Source: Octopus sinensis
Taxonomy: Eukaryota
Length of the DNA: 64,000 nucleotides
Direction of reading: 5' to 3'
Assembly (NCBI RefSeq): GCF_006345805.1
Contig: NC_042998.1
Location: 55,552,001-55,616,000, forward strand
In this document: piece after piece, positions 43,472-56,533 of the stretch
Layout of the letters: each line of letters begins with the position of its first letter
Position numbering within the stretch: the stretch's first letter is position 1
Position numbers and translations under genes: made by a program
The notes under the pieces: generated by a model
What the model was told of the DNA's origin: nothing
Database searches by the model: none
The model's input: the letters and a program-made list of their open reading frames with translations, nothing else

Positions 43472-43502
<31 letters not shown>
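43430..43502. repeat. (AAT)n tail of the R4 element
   Basis: Direct reading. Confidence 0.9.
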
Positions 43503-43504
<2 letters not shown>

Positions 43505-43715
43505 GGACGGAGAACATTAAATAACGAAAAGGATGAATAGTCACAACAAGACTATACTAGATATGAATGTGTATAACCAGGACAGGTATCACGATTGTGC
43601 ATAACTATCAACAGGTATCAGAATTCTTTACGCAAATTTCTGGAGATTTTATAAGAATGCTCGAAAAGGGGATAAGTAAAGTCAAGCGTATTCGTAAAGT
43701 GACCCACATCCTTAC

Positions 43716-43839
43716 TGCTTTTTATTGTTGTGTATGATATACTTCTTAACGGGTAAAATACATTAAGCGATAAGATACATTGACAATAATTGATATGTTC
43801 CTTCGGTTTGATACTTAACACAAGTATGTAGTCACCAAA
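43716..43839 (-). CDS. Candidate exon, phase 0-1, FGDYILVLSIKPKEHINYCQCILSLNVFYPLRSISYTTIKS
   Basis: Acceptor TTACTGTTATCTAG, donor GCA|GTAAGG; the ORF starts exactly at the acceptor. Confidence 0.33.
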
Positions 43840-44097
43840 CTAGATAACAGTAATTAGAAGCCATGCTATGAGATCAGAGTTCCAAGTGTTTCGATAAACT
43901 TTGTATCTTCAAAATTCGTAACAGATATATAGTAAGTTTATGAAATTATGTTGAGATGATGAAAATCGTAAAAGAAATAACATCTTAGAACATCTCGTTT
44001 AAATAAATCATTTTTACCAAATCAAATAAGTTATCGATTTATAAATGGAAAACTGCGTTAATGTAATATAATATATTATGTATACATACATACATAA

Positions 44098-44130
<33 letters not shown>

Positions 44131-44179
44131 TATATTATATTACTTTATAATACATATATATATATGTGTGTGTATATCA

Positions 44180-44236
<57 letters not shown>

Positions 44237-44687
44237 CATACGTGTGTATGTTTGTGTGAAAGAGAGAGAGAGAGAAAGTATTAGAAAAGTGCGCTCTTGC
44301 ACTCTAAAAATCAGAAACATATTTGCTATCTTATTCAGAAATGAAAAATCAAATGAGTTTTAATAGAATATTGACAGAAACATGAAAAATTACTGTAATG
44401 AGTTACAAATACACAAGATTTTATATGCATTTTCTATATATTTGTTATCTTTCCCGACTTAAATTTCCATTTCTCTATTTTCACACTTCTTCCTTTCAAA
44501 TTTCCTCCTACCGGTACATAATTTCATAAACTAGCAGTAAATGTAGAGAAAACTATAAAGAAACATTTTCGTTTCAAGATTACTTTTCACATTAAATATC
44601 GTAATCGTACAGACTCATGTAAAAGAACTAATACATGGTTTATTCTAGTATTTCATCTGAAAGCCACCTCCTATTTAATTTTCATAC

Positions 44688-44827
44688 ATACATAAGTAAT
44701 GTTAGTCTCGTTTGCATTGTGAACTTAAAAAGAAGTCCATCAATGAAATCAATAGTTCTCTGCCCTTGTTCGAGCAAATTCGACAAATGAAAGAGAGAGT
44801 GGATTTCTACTGCATAGACTACTGCGT
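44688..44827 (-). CDS. Candidate exon, phase 1-0, AVVYAVEIHSLFHLSNLLEQGQRTIDFIDGLLFKFTMQTRLTLLMY
   Basis: Acceptor TCATGTTTTGCAG, donor GTATGA (or GTATGT at 44692), open frame. Confidence 0.35.
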
Positions 44828-44967
44828 CTGCAAAACATGAGTACATTGTACTCGCCTGACTCATTCTCACTGAAATCTTTTTATCAATCCCAAATTACAA
44901 TTCTGCTCTTTGTAGAAGTATCTAACAAATAAAATGAACTTCAAAGCGACAGATACAGCCAATATTT

Positions 44968-45166
44968 GTCTTTTATCTTTCATCACTTGTTTCAGTCATT
45001 GGACTGCGGCCATTGGGGGCACTGCCTTCAAAGGATTAGTCGAACAAATCGACTGCAGTACTTATTTTTGAAGTCGGGTACTTATTCTATCGTTCTCTTT
45101 TGCTGAAGCGCTAAGCTACGGTGACATAAACAAACTCTGGGTGTCATAAATAGGGACAAATACGCA

Positions 45167-45170
<4 letters not shown>
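44968..45170 (-). mobile_element. SINE family A tail
   Basis: CTTGTTTCAGTCATTGGACTGCGGCCA...GTACTTATTCTATCG. Confidence 0.8.
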
Positions 45171-45240
<70 letters not shown>

Positions 45241-45268
45241 AACAAATCAAATTGCGATAAAATAAAAA

Positions 45269-45324
<56 letters not shown>

Positions 45325-45350
45325 ACACACACACACACACACACACACAC

Positions 45351-45442
<92 letters not shown>

Positions 45443-45494
45443 TAGATCGGATGTGTTATAAAGATGACGAACATTATTTCCAGAATTTTCTTTG

Positions 45495-45670
45495 GAGGCA
45501 GGCCGGTGGTGACTTCACGATATTACCTATTTCTGCCAGCTGAGTGGACTGGAGTAACATGTAATGAAGTGTTTTTGCTCAAGAACACATCGCAACGTTC
45601 GCTCCAGGAATCGAAATCACAATGTTACGATCATGAGTCCTACACCCTAACTACTAAGCCATGCACTTCC
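45495..45670 (-). mobile_element. SINE family C-related
   Basis: GCCAGCTGAGTGGACTGGAG...GGAATCGAAATC...CTAAGCCATGC. Confidence 0.75.
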
Positions 45671-45763
45671 ACGAAAGAGACAGTAGTCAATCGAATTCCT
45701 CCTCCGGTATGTTATGTGATTTGTGCTATCTAATAAACAAACGGCGGTTTCAGAGAATAAGAA

Positions 45764-45994
45764 GTCGGTGAGCTGGCAGAAACGTTAGCATGCTGGGCGA
45801 AATGCTTAGCGGTATTTTGCCTGCTGCTACGTTCTGAGTTCAAATTCCGCCGAGGTCAACTTTGCCTTTCATCCTTTCGGGGTCGATAAATTAAGTACCA
45901 GTTACGCACTGGGGTCGTTGTAATCGACTTCATACCGTTGTCTGTCCTTGTTTGTCTCCTCTATGTTTGGCCCCTTGTGGGTAATAAAGAAATA
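45764..45994 (+). mobile_element. SINE family B, full length, 18-bp TSD
   Basis: TSD GGTTTCAGAGAATAAGAA at 45746-45763 and 45995-46012. Confidence 0.92.
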
Positions 45995-46074
45995 GGTTTC
46001 AGAGAATAAGAAAATATGCGAAGGTATCCCGACCGTCCCTTTAACGTTATCTAACATTCACCACGGTAATACTC

Positions 46075-46250
46075 ATTTTGGAAATTTGGTACAAGGCCAG
46101 TAATTTGAGGGTAGGCGATAAGTCGATTACATAGACTCCCGTGTTCAACCGGCACTTATTTTATCAATTCCGAAAGGATGAAACACAAAGTCGATTTTGT
46201 TCTCAGAACGAAACGACGGAGAAAATACCGCTTTTTAGTTGCAATGAGCT
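46075..46250 (-). mobile_element. SINE family B, degenerate
   Basis: AAGTCGATTACAT...CGAAAGGATGAAA...CTCAGAACG. Confidence 0.7.
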
Positions 46251-47180
46251 TTCTAGAATAAAACCGAGTATCTATGTATGCCGAAATATAACATACTTGA
46301 AAATAATAGATGTCAACCGTGTCACCCTAACATGGTCAGAGACTAAAGTACTATTTAAGTACACTAGTATAAGTGAAAAAATTCTTTATTGTTATAACAT
46401 TATTACTTTTACACAATTCTAATATGCAGCTGTCATGTTTAATCTCAAATTTTAGACGGCTCTCATCTTTTCTGCTTCACCTTATCTTGCCAATATTTTC
46501 TACACCAACCCCTATGTAATCCCAACAGACACTTAAAATGATATTCCGGTCTCTTTTATGACTGGCAAATTCAGCAAAAGATGTGTTGCCGTTGTTTCCT
46601 TCCTTGTCAAATATTGTGCTTTCATTTATAAGTTTTTTTTTTCCATTTTCATCATTTCTGTTTGTCAAAGTGTAAATATCTGTTTACAACTGTGTCTACC
46701 TGTTTAATTTGAAATATGGCCATTTTTTTCTCTTTACTTTTTATTTTATCTACTATTTTGGGTTGGAGTATATTCGTGGCTACCACGTTTTTCCTTAAAA
46801 CTGAACCAGATCGTAAATAATTATCAAACACTTACTATGCCGCCATGTATGTATGTGACATTATTCAGTTTATTTCAAGATTTGTTGCCAATAGAGAAAG
46901 AATCCGTTTCTAACCAAGATCCAAGGTTCCTTCATTGGAATTTCAACATCAACAACAGGGTATTTTTGTATGTATGTATGTATGTATGTATGTATGTATG
47001 TATGTATGTGTAGATCTGTACGTTTTATGTACAAATCTGTATTGGTTTACACTAGTAGCCAGCGCATACAGACAGGCGTTAATCTGCCAGTGTGTGGATT
47101 CATCACACTGTTGTAAATATTCATCACCAATTTCGTTAACAGCTTTTAATACCGTATCTGGTGGGGTGTTTTTTACTTAC

Positions 47181-47196
47181 TTTGGTAGAGAATACT
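47181..47196 (-). CDS. Candidate 16-nt micro-exon, phase 0-1 (SILYQ)
   Basis: Acceptor TATATTTAG, donor AAA|GTAAGT; bridges the phases of the neighbouring candidates. Confidence 0.22.
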
Positions 47197-48419
47197 CTAA
47201 ATATATATATTAGTTCAACATTTTATAATTTTCAGAAGAAAAACACTCGTTTCCTTATATCGGACTTGTTTGAAAAGCAAACATTTCGTCGTTGAATATA
47301 CAGAATACAGCAATGGACAAATAAGTCGATTATAAATGGGTAGCACAAACGAGTAGATGAGATTCAACCCAATGTTCCAAATGTCTTGTTCAGACTCTTA
47401 ATGACTTGCACCTTTTAATCCCTCTTACATCCTTCACCCTTATCTCTCACCTTCTTTCCTCTCCCTCATCCCCGAGGATAATAATGCTTTCTACAAATGG
47501 AACAGATCCCATGCATCCCTATGAGTCTTATTACAAAACGTAATATAAATTTCGTATAACAAAACCTAAATTTGGAATTTTGTAGAGCTGTCTTCATTTG
47601 ATATGACTTGTACTTGCGATTCTCATGTACAATCCTATCTATAAAATATGAGTTGAAATGTAAATATCTTCACAATATCTCTTATGGATATTCATCGATG
47701 TATAACCAAGGAATTTCTGCGTATCAATGTGTTTTTGTATCGTCACCATACGTATAAGGAGAAATGAAAAAAAAAAAAAACCTTTAGTTTCTTCTCTGTT
47801 ATTTTTGTGGCTTATTCAGATGGAAACTTTATACTAATTCATTGCAACCTTGAACTCGGCTATCCCCACACATCACAATCCCTCTTTTGGAAACGCTTCA
47901 TTTAATACATTTTCAGAAGATTAAAGCCGATTCTCTTGTTCTTTTTGCGAATGGGAAGATACGTAATTTTCTTTCTCAATTTGTCTTTTTCATTTCCTAA
48001 AATTTTTCGCTATCTGCAAAAGGGATTTTTTTTCTTTCATATTAAATGAAGGATTTGTTTTTTTATTTTTTCTCCATTCAATATGGATTGGGGTGGGACT
48101 GATTTTTGGCGTTGTGATTTTTGCTAGAGTATGCACAAGGAAAGATATCTTTATTTCAAAAGGGTACCGTTCATTTGCTTTGCATGCATGTATTTTTTCA
48201 CAGTAGCTAGAATTGCTATCGTTGAAAACGCTGCCATGGACTAACAAAGTTATCAAATTTTTTCCTGTTTCCGCGCATTTCTCTTTAATTTCCGCTTTTA
48301 CTGCGAAAATGATTGGAACTACAACTATTATGTTTTGGAGAACTATCTCCTTTCCGCTTTCTTTAACAGTTTAACATAACCCTCACATCTCGAAATAAAC
48401 ATCACAGGTTGGCAAAACA

Positions 48420-48466
48420 CAATAATATCATTTTTATGCATTTATATAATAATAATAATAATAATA

Positions 48467-48514
<48 letters not shown>

Positions 48515-48695
48515 TAACAATAACAATAACAATAATAATAATAATAATAATAACAATAACAATAACAATAACAATAATAATAATAATATTAATAATAATA
48601 ATAATATTAATAATAATAATAACAGTAATAACAACAACTATTATTATTATTATTATCATCATCATCATCATTATCATTATTATTATTATTATTGT
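48420..48695. repeat. (AAT)n/(AAC)n array switching to (ATT)n/(ATC)n
   Basis: Direct reading. Confidence 0.95.
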
Positions 48696-49551
48696 TTTAA
48701 TAATGTTTTCAAATTTTGGCTCAAGACCAACAAGTTCAGGGTACGAGTTAAGTCGATTACAACAACCCCCCAGTGCTCAACTGGTATTTATTTTATCGAC
48801 CAAGAAAACAAGTGAGAGAACAGACGAACTGGTGCGGCACACATGTCCATTGGTTGTTATAGTAATATATGAAAAGACGAACACAAGTGTTGTGGCTTGA
48901 CTCGTTGGTACGAAATTAAGCCCTTGTCTAATCGTCACCTTTTGCGTTACAGAACGGGCAGTGGTGGGTTTGAGTGGGATGAATAGCAATATGTGATAAA
49001 ATGAGGTCTGCGCGTAGAGTCAAATCTTGATGACCACAAAAGTCTTCAAGACTATCCCGCAATTGTACTCCCATTGTGAGAGTAGTGGGGAAGGTCAAAA
49101 CAGAAATCCTTGCTAGAATCACTTGGAAGTTTTGTTTCCTGAAAAAAGGAAGTTGAATTTGAGGAAGAGGAGGGAAAAAGAGCTGCCACAAACAACAGAG
49201 ATAGTAGCTACAATATTCTTCGGCTATTCCAGTTGACAAACTGATAGCAGTCCTGAATATAGCCAGAGTCGCCTCAATGACCGATGAAGAGGCTAGTTAT
49301 CAAGAAAATGAAATGTAACATCCTCCAAACGCAAAGCTGAGAAGACTCCACGACGAGAAATGCCACTCAATTGTCTTGTGACAATGAGGCAAAAAATGTA
49401 GAATGCAGAGAAGTGGATAACAACCGGCAACAGCCAAAAAAAAAAAAAAAAGTGGGGAGTAAGGAAAGAAGAAAAAAACCAAGCCGATAAGCAAGTAAGA
49501 TACATAAAAGGAGACCCCCATCGGAGACTGTAGCGTCAAATACACACTTAC

Positions 49552-49705
49552 CCGAATCTCAAACGAAGATCTGACGGAGCCGTAATAATACAAGATTGTA
49601 GATGAAAAGAAACTACTTATGGAGGAAGAGACGGTGTTTGAATGTAGAGAAAGCTTGAAATACGTATTGTTTATTTTTAAAAGATCACTAATGTTCTCTG
49701 CACAC
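49552..49705 (-). CDS. Candidate exon, phase 2-0, CAENISDLLKINNTYFKLSLHSNTVSSSISSFFSSTILYYYGSVRSSFEIR
   Basis: Strong acceptor TTATGTTCTCTTATTTTTAG and donor CGG|GTAAGT; only one open frame. Confidence 0.4.
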
Positions 49706-50039
49706 CTAAAAATAAGAGAACATAAGATGCTTATATTATTCAAAGCCTACATGTTTACTACTCGGAGTAGTAACAAAACCCAGCCGCTTGGTACTTCAGC
49801 CTCATATTCCAGAAAGTATCTGAAAGTACGGATGTATCTGGATTATAATTTAAAGATATGAAGAAGTGACAAAAGAAGGTGCATATAAAGCAATATCCGG
49901 CTTCATTAACTAAACATGTCTGAGACGGAAGATTCATGTCAAGGATTTGGATGTGTAGACACCAAAATTCACAAGCGAAGTTTGGTCACGCTCAACGCCT
50001 GATTCGATACACAGCTATAAACAATATCTATCTATTTAA

Positions 50040-50465
50040 GGTGGCGAGCTGGCAGAAACGTTAGTACACCGGGCGAAATGCGTAGCCGTATTTCGTCTGC
50101 CGTTACGTTCTGAGTTCAAATTCCGCCGAGGTTGACTTTGCCTTTCATCCTTTCGGGGTCGATTATTTAAGTCCTAGTTACGCACTGGGGTCGATGTAAT
50201 CGACTTAACAGCTTTGTCTCTCCTTGTTTGCCCCCTCTATGTTTAGCCCCTTGTGGGCAATAAAGAAATAAGAAATGTTATCACGCCGGACAAAATGCTT
50301 CTCGTCCGTCTTCACGTTCTGAATTCAAATGCTGCCGGGTTCGACTTTGCCATTCATCCTTTCAGGATCAATAAAATAAGTCCCAGCTGAACACTGGGAT
50401 TGATGTAATCGACTTTTCCCCTCCCTCGAAACTGCTGGCCTTGTGCTAAAATCTGAAACCAATAT
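50040..50465 (+). mobile_element. Two tandem SINE family B copies with different tails
   Basis: Full copy at 50040-50270 followed by a second copy at 50270-50465. Confidence 0.85.
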
Positions 50466-50588
50466 TTATCTCTTTATCTGTTTGTACGCACACATACACA
50501 CACATTGCTGTCGTTCCTGTGGCTTCCTCGTCCGCCGCCACCGCAACAGTTACCGAGGATGCACTTCGATCTATCTATCTATATATAT

Positions 50589-50649
<61 letters not shown>

Positions 50650-50650
50650 A

Positions 50651-50691
<41 letters not shown>

Positions 50692-50692
<1 letters not shown>

Positions 50693-50979
50693 GTAGTACA
50701 GTTTCCGCTAATCCACCTTCTTTCTTATATGTGTCTGTTTTGTCTTTCATTGATTCCATTTTTATTGCGATGTCAGATCAAATATATCGCATTTTTTTAA
50801 AAACACACACACATATTCACACTCGCACATACACACACACAACACAACACACGTACTCACATACATACGCGTGCGCATATATGCGTATATATATGTATAT
50901 GTATATATACACTGGTCTGTCTATCTATTTATCGTCTCTCTATCTACAGCGCTATGTATGTGTTTGCATGTGTATGTAT

Positions 50980-51011
<32 letters not shown>

Positions 51012-51012
51012 C

Positions 51013-51053
<41 letters not shown>

Positions 51054-51600
51054 GACAGAGATCGTGCTTGGGCATACGCATGTGCAGGCGTTGATGTTAC
51101 ATACACATAACAACGTAGCACTATTTGTCGCCTTCTGAATATCAGAACAAAAAAAAAAAAAAGAAACGAAAACATTTTTTTCAAGACAAAGTGTGAGGTG
51201 GGTTTTTTATGTTTAAACGGGGAAATATTTGTGTTTCAGCTAAAATACAACAGATAACCATAAATACCACCACCATCCCTACCAACACCGATTCCATGTC
51301 ACGCGGATGTTTAAATCAAACTGTTAACTTACCACTCCATAATATGATTGCTTTCCAAGATGTTGAATATCTGTAGTAAAGTTTCCGCCAATCCACCTTC
51401 TTTCTTATATTATATATGTCTGTTTTGTCTTTCATTGATTTGATTTTTACTGGGATGTCAGATCAAATATATCTCATTTTTTTTAAACACACACATGTAC
51501 ATTCACACACGCGCATACATACACACACAACACAACACACGCACACACATACACGCGTATATACGCATACGCACATGCATGCGTATATAGATACATTTGT
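50692..51600. repeat. Direct duplication of an about 200-bp segment, period about 680 bp
   Basis: TGTAGTA.AGTTTCCGC.AATCCACCTTCTTTCTTATAT...GATGTCAGATCAAATATATC at 50692 and 51372. Confidence 0.85.
51333..51370 (-). CDS. Candidate exon, phase 0-2 (IFNILESNHIME)
   Basis: Acceptor CTTTACTACAG, donor GTG|GTAAGT. Confidence 0.33.
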
Positions 51601-51644
51601 GTCTATATGTAGGTTTTTGTATGCATGTATGTATATTGTATGTA

Positions 51645-51717
<73 letters not shown>

Positions 51718-52174
51718 TTATATGCATATGCATTATATTTATGCATATATATATCGTTTTTGTTTGTGTATGTGTGTGTGTATGCATTTGTGTTTATTTG
51801 TATAAGTATATAATTGTATTTCTTTTTGTATTTATACTTCTGCTATGTCTGTTTCATAATTTGTGAAGCGTATGTTTAACCGAAGATACTTATGTTCAAA
51901 TTGTCATTGCATATGAGTCATTAACGTAAATTTATTTTATATCTTAACACAAACAGAACGATTTATTATCAATAATTCACTTTTAACTTATTCGCAATAA
52001 AGAAGTACCTACATTTCAAGGTATTTTAAAATAATTTCATCGCTACATTTCGTCGATAATATGCACGTACAATACCAACTTTCCGCATATTGTTAATCCT
52101 GTATCTCTCATAACACGCACTAATGTACCAGCGGAAGCCTCTTAATTACCAAGGTCGCCAGACTAATGCGCAGT

Positions 52175-52510
52175 AAGGTTAAGGTAAAGACCCACTTCGG
52201 ACATGAATAACCATGGGATTGCACCAAGAAAGTTCCCCTCCGGATAAGGTTGTTCTATGGAAGGCCAGCAGTCACCCATGCATACCAGTCTTCCCTATCC
52301 ATGCCACCGATGTTATCCAAAGGAATAGGAAAGGCCATTACAGCTTGCCACAAGTGACGACGCAACTCATTTCTACAGCTGAGTGAATTGGAGCAACGTG
52401 AAATAAAGTGTCTTGCTCAAGAACACAACATACAGCCCGGTCTGGGAATCGAACTCATTACTTCATGATTGTGAGCCCAACTCACTAACCACTGAGCCAT
52501 GCCCCTTCAA
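52175..52510 (-). mobile_element. SINE family C-related, with a longer tail
   Basis: GGAGCAACGTGAAATAAAGTGTCTTGCTCAAG...GGGAATCGAACTC...TAACCACTGAGCCATG. Confidence 0.8.
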
Positions 52511-52746
52511 AAAATGCACACACACACACACACGCACACACACACACACACGTATATATAAACAGTAGTTTGCAATATTTCATCAAGGAGGAGAATTATG
52601 ATTGGCGAGAAATGTAACTAGGGTGTTAGAAAACACCTACGTTGCTCGAAATAACAGCTAAACCGCTCTAATGCTATAGTTAACGCACATGAATGAAAAC
52701 ATACACGTTAACAGGGGCCATAATCGTCTGAAAAGTGCCTAATACC

Positions 52747-53624
52747 CTAGTCACAATTAGTGACAATTATAATTCTCTTGTTCAGGGCATGGGGGTTGTG
52801 TGCATGGTACACAAGCAATGGTTTTAACTTAAAACCTGCACAATTACTTCTTAACATAATGGCCATGTGTTTTTTTGAGTCCTTGTAGCCTGGAATAGTT
52901 TTCTTCTCTTTGGAAATAAATGAACGGTCTGGCAATTTTTTCCAATAGAATCCAGTTTCGTCTAAGTTAAAAATATGTTCGGGAAGAAACCTGATTTCTT
53001 TGGTGATTTTCTTTGATTCATTACGAAATTCCACTGCTACTTATTCGTCAGCTGAAGCCCTTTCACCTTGCTTCTTAATGGACTGATAACTTCTTCGCTC
53101 CTTAAATCTCATGAACCATCCTTGGCTTCCCTTGAACTCTACATCTTTCTTATCTGGATATTTTTTCTTCAGGTCCTCACACAAAGACATCGCGTTCTCT
53201 TGAATGATTTCTTAACTACTAATAGCGTGCTGACGATTCAACCTAACAATCCAAAGAGAAGACTTTCCATTTCTTCAAAGAGTTTGGCTCTTTCCTTACT
53301 GATGACAGTGTTCAATCCTGGGGCTTCAGATTTCATATGCGCTAAAATCTTATCCTTATTATGTACAATTGTCGATAAAGTTGTCCGACTCATCCCAAAA
53401 GATTGTGCAACTGCTACCACTTTTTCATCTTTTAAATGGCGTTTTATCATAGCCAGTTTATCTTCCAGCATTATAGCATGGTGCTTAGCACTTTCACTAT
53501 GAACTTTCTTAGGAGCTATGAGGGCAAAAAATAAAGTCATAAATGAATGAGAATGAGAAAGTAGATGATAAACAGACGTAAACAAATCTGAATTCAAAAC
53601 AATTGCGGGAACCACTAGTGACAA
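52747..53624 (-). mobile_element. Tigger/pogo transposase relic
   Basis: CENP-B-type HTH LEDKLAMIKRH...AQSFGMSRTTLSTI and DDE_1 IFNLDETGFYWKKLPDRSFI; frameshifted. Confidence 0.85.
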
Positions 53625-54009
53625 CGACGCCTAACGGCAGATATTGGAGCTACAGTGCAATATGAGCTCCGAAAGACCGATAAATAAGACAACACAACTG
53701 ATGTCATGATTTCGTTCACTAAGCTACACTACTTTATGGTGTGTATCTTAACATTTACAGAACATATTTTGATATGATTTTATATGATTTTATTCATATT
53801 TATTCTACAGTAACATCATTTTGTGAGCTTTTAACGGTTTTCTAGTGATTTTACAATTCCAATATTTGTGGCAAACAGACATAAAGTCGAGTAAATTGAC
53901 TTGATTTGACTTTTATTTTTCCATATATCATTTTTGAAAACCGACGTATAATCGAGAACAACTTAAGTCGAGTTATACCTGTATATATACATTTGTGTGC
54001 GTGTATGTG

Positions 54010-54219
54010 TGTGTGTATCTGTGTTTGTCGCCCTGCCACCACTTGACAACCGGTGTTGATGTGTTTACGTTCCTATAACTTTGCAGTTTGGCAAGAGAGA
54101 CCGATAGAATAAGTACCAGGCTTAACAAAAATTAAATAGTAGAGCCGATTAATTCACCTGAAAATTCTTCAAGGCGGTGCCCCAGTATGACAATGACTAA
54201 AGCAATTAAAAGATAAAAG
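54010..54219 (+). mobile_element. SINE family A tail
   Basis: CTTGACAACCGGTGTTGATGTGTTTACG...GACCGATAGAATAAGTAC. Confidence 0.8.
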
Positions 54220-55059
54220 TATCATTCATATATATATTCTTAAGAAAACAAGCAGTATGGTTAAAAATGGAACAGTTTTAATCACAAAAGCTCTGTTCGA
54301 TCAGAACTGGCCTGGAATTATAGTAAAATAAAAACAACTTTGTTCCAAATAAATAAGAGGAAATTTTCGTAAGAATCGCAAGCACGTGAACGCAGCCTAT
54401 TTTCAAATTAACTTATTTTTGTGAATTCTTGAGCGTTGTCACGAGAAATTCTTTTAACGGTTCTTCTAAGAAACAACGTCAACTATCAACTGGTTCTTTG
54501 AGTATGCTACATGCTGACGATCCGTAAAGCTTGACGTACTCTACTAAGCACCGATTACCCCAGTAGGTATCTAGAGCATCTTATAGCAAACAGCTGTTAA
54601 ATCTAAAAGACACAGACAAGTCCCCAACGCTTAAGGTTTTCTACACGAACTACAAACGCAAAATACACACACACACAAATACAAAATTATGTGCGTAAAT
54701 ATCGATATGTATGCTTGTATGTATGAACGCATGAATGTTTTCTGTGCCCATGAATGCATGAATGTTTTTGCGTACGTAGATTTAATGGCTGAAACGCTGA
54801 TTTCCAAGTTATAAATACATGCATACAATCGACAAAACAATCTAAGCTAAGATGTTAATGTTCAGAGTTATTATAACATCAGAGTCGGTTACGTAATATA
54901 TATGTATGTATGTGTGTGTGCTGTGTTTATGGGCACGTTTGTATCCACACGAAAGAAAAAACATAGATTAGAGTTTAGATTGTTTTCCAATAAATATAAA
55001 CCCTACTCCATGCATTGTTGAAAGGTACAATGCCAAGCATAATATTTCAAAAAAGAAAG

Positions 55060-55320
55060 AAAAATAAGACATCACTCTTTCAACGCAATGCATCAAGTTA
55101 CCTAGTGAACTCAAAGCATCGTTCTCATAATGTGAAAGTGAAAATTTATCACCAAGAACCCAGCTGCTTTACTCTCAGCAAATGGATGGAGGTGTGATAG
55201 CAAACATCAACATATAATATCGACGAAATTTCAAACACTTCATAAAAATTAAGATAACCCAAAAGTTAGAGACTTCTGGGCGAAACACAACATTATAGAA
55301 GCTGTAAATAATACATACAT
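55060..55320 (+). mobile_element. Tigger/pogo DDE_1 C-terminal relic
   Basis: QQMDGGVIANINI*YRR matches the QPMDQGVI..FK..YR motif. Confidence 0.55.
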
Positions 55321-56189
55321 ATATATACACACACATACACACACATTCATATATGATTTAAAGGCTCGTTTATTAAGCGATGCTGCTTCGCGTTCCTCCT
55401 ACATAATTTGTTGGAGCTTGCCGGCCGTGGCATCCAGTCCATGGGTGCTTTCTACTGACTTTCTATTAGGAAGCTATAGCTTTTAATGTTATTTCAAGAT
55501 TATTCTGTTTGGTGTCTGGTGTAGACTATAGCAAAGGAGCTTGAAATGCATTCATCAGTCCTCAGTTGGCGCTCTGAAATTACTGTTCATGTTTTAACGC
55601 CTCTTGCCTAAAGCGAGAATTTTCTTCACGGTAAACTGCAATGAAAATGAACATTTTACAGGTCAAATATGTTCCAAACATATTTGAACTGATCTAAAAG
55701 TTTGGTTATATGTATGCGTGTATATGCTTGCGTGCATGTATATGTGTGTACGTATCTCTCTTTCTCTCTCTCTCTCCCCCTCTCTCTCTCTCTCCGTAAT
55801 ATACTTAATAGATAATTTTACAGATTAACTCATGAGGAAGATTCCTAAAAGGGATGAAATAGTACTATTCATAATTACCACTTACTAGAAGCTGGAAGAA
55901 CTTTACCCTAGATAAAAAAGGTTATATATTTGAACTTTTTACTTCATCTCCGTTTTCCCCGTACTTTTAACCCTGCGTCACAATTTTTAACGCTGCCTCA
56001 TATTTTTAATCCTGCCTCACACTGGGAGGAGATAGTTACCTGCCTTTGTATTAACGACCATCCAGCCGAAACCACACGTGTTTGAATATCTCTGATTATT
56101 ACTTCATGAAAATCCATTTTTAACGTCCGACTTAAGTCGGAATGCATGTTATGAATGGAAACACGTTCAACCACGCAAAGGGTTGCTTG

Positions 56190-56409
56190 TACGAGAGGGT
56201 GCTGGAAAGTTCGTGGTTCGGGGTAAAAGAAAATACAGGAGGATCAGTTAATTATGATATTATTCAACATATTCCCATCTCAGATTTACACACTTATTGC
56301 AGCGGTCCTTCAGTTTTTCTAACCCTTGTAAAAAAACTTGAAAGCTTGGACCTCCAGCCAGGCCTTTCGCGATACCCTTAAAGTCGGTACTTTTCAGTAC
56401 CCCCTAGTA
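56190..56409. mobile_element. Mariner-type MITE
   Basis: Ends TACGAGAGGGTGCTGGAAAGTTC and GTACTTTTCAGTACCCCCTAGTA are imperfect TIRs with TA termini. Confidence 0.6.
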
Positions 56410-56503
56410 GAATATAACAGCCAGAGGAGGTATCTACACAAATAATCAATATTGATGAAGGCTTGTGAAATCGCTCGTAGTTAATGATGTAACTAATGAC
56501 TAC

Positions 56504-56533
56504 CGTAAGACATTTAAACGAGGTAGAAGATCC
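56504..56533 (-). CDS. Candidate 30-nt exon, phase 0-0 (GSSTSFKCLT)
   Basis: Strong acceptor TGTCTACTTCCAG, moderate donor ACG|GTAGTC. Confidence 0.22.

Noticed and set aside
46477-46700. Minus-strand ORF as an exon
   Set aside because: Poor acceptor and a long A-run inside it
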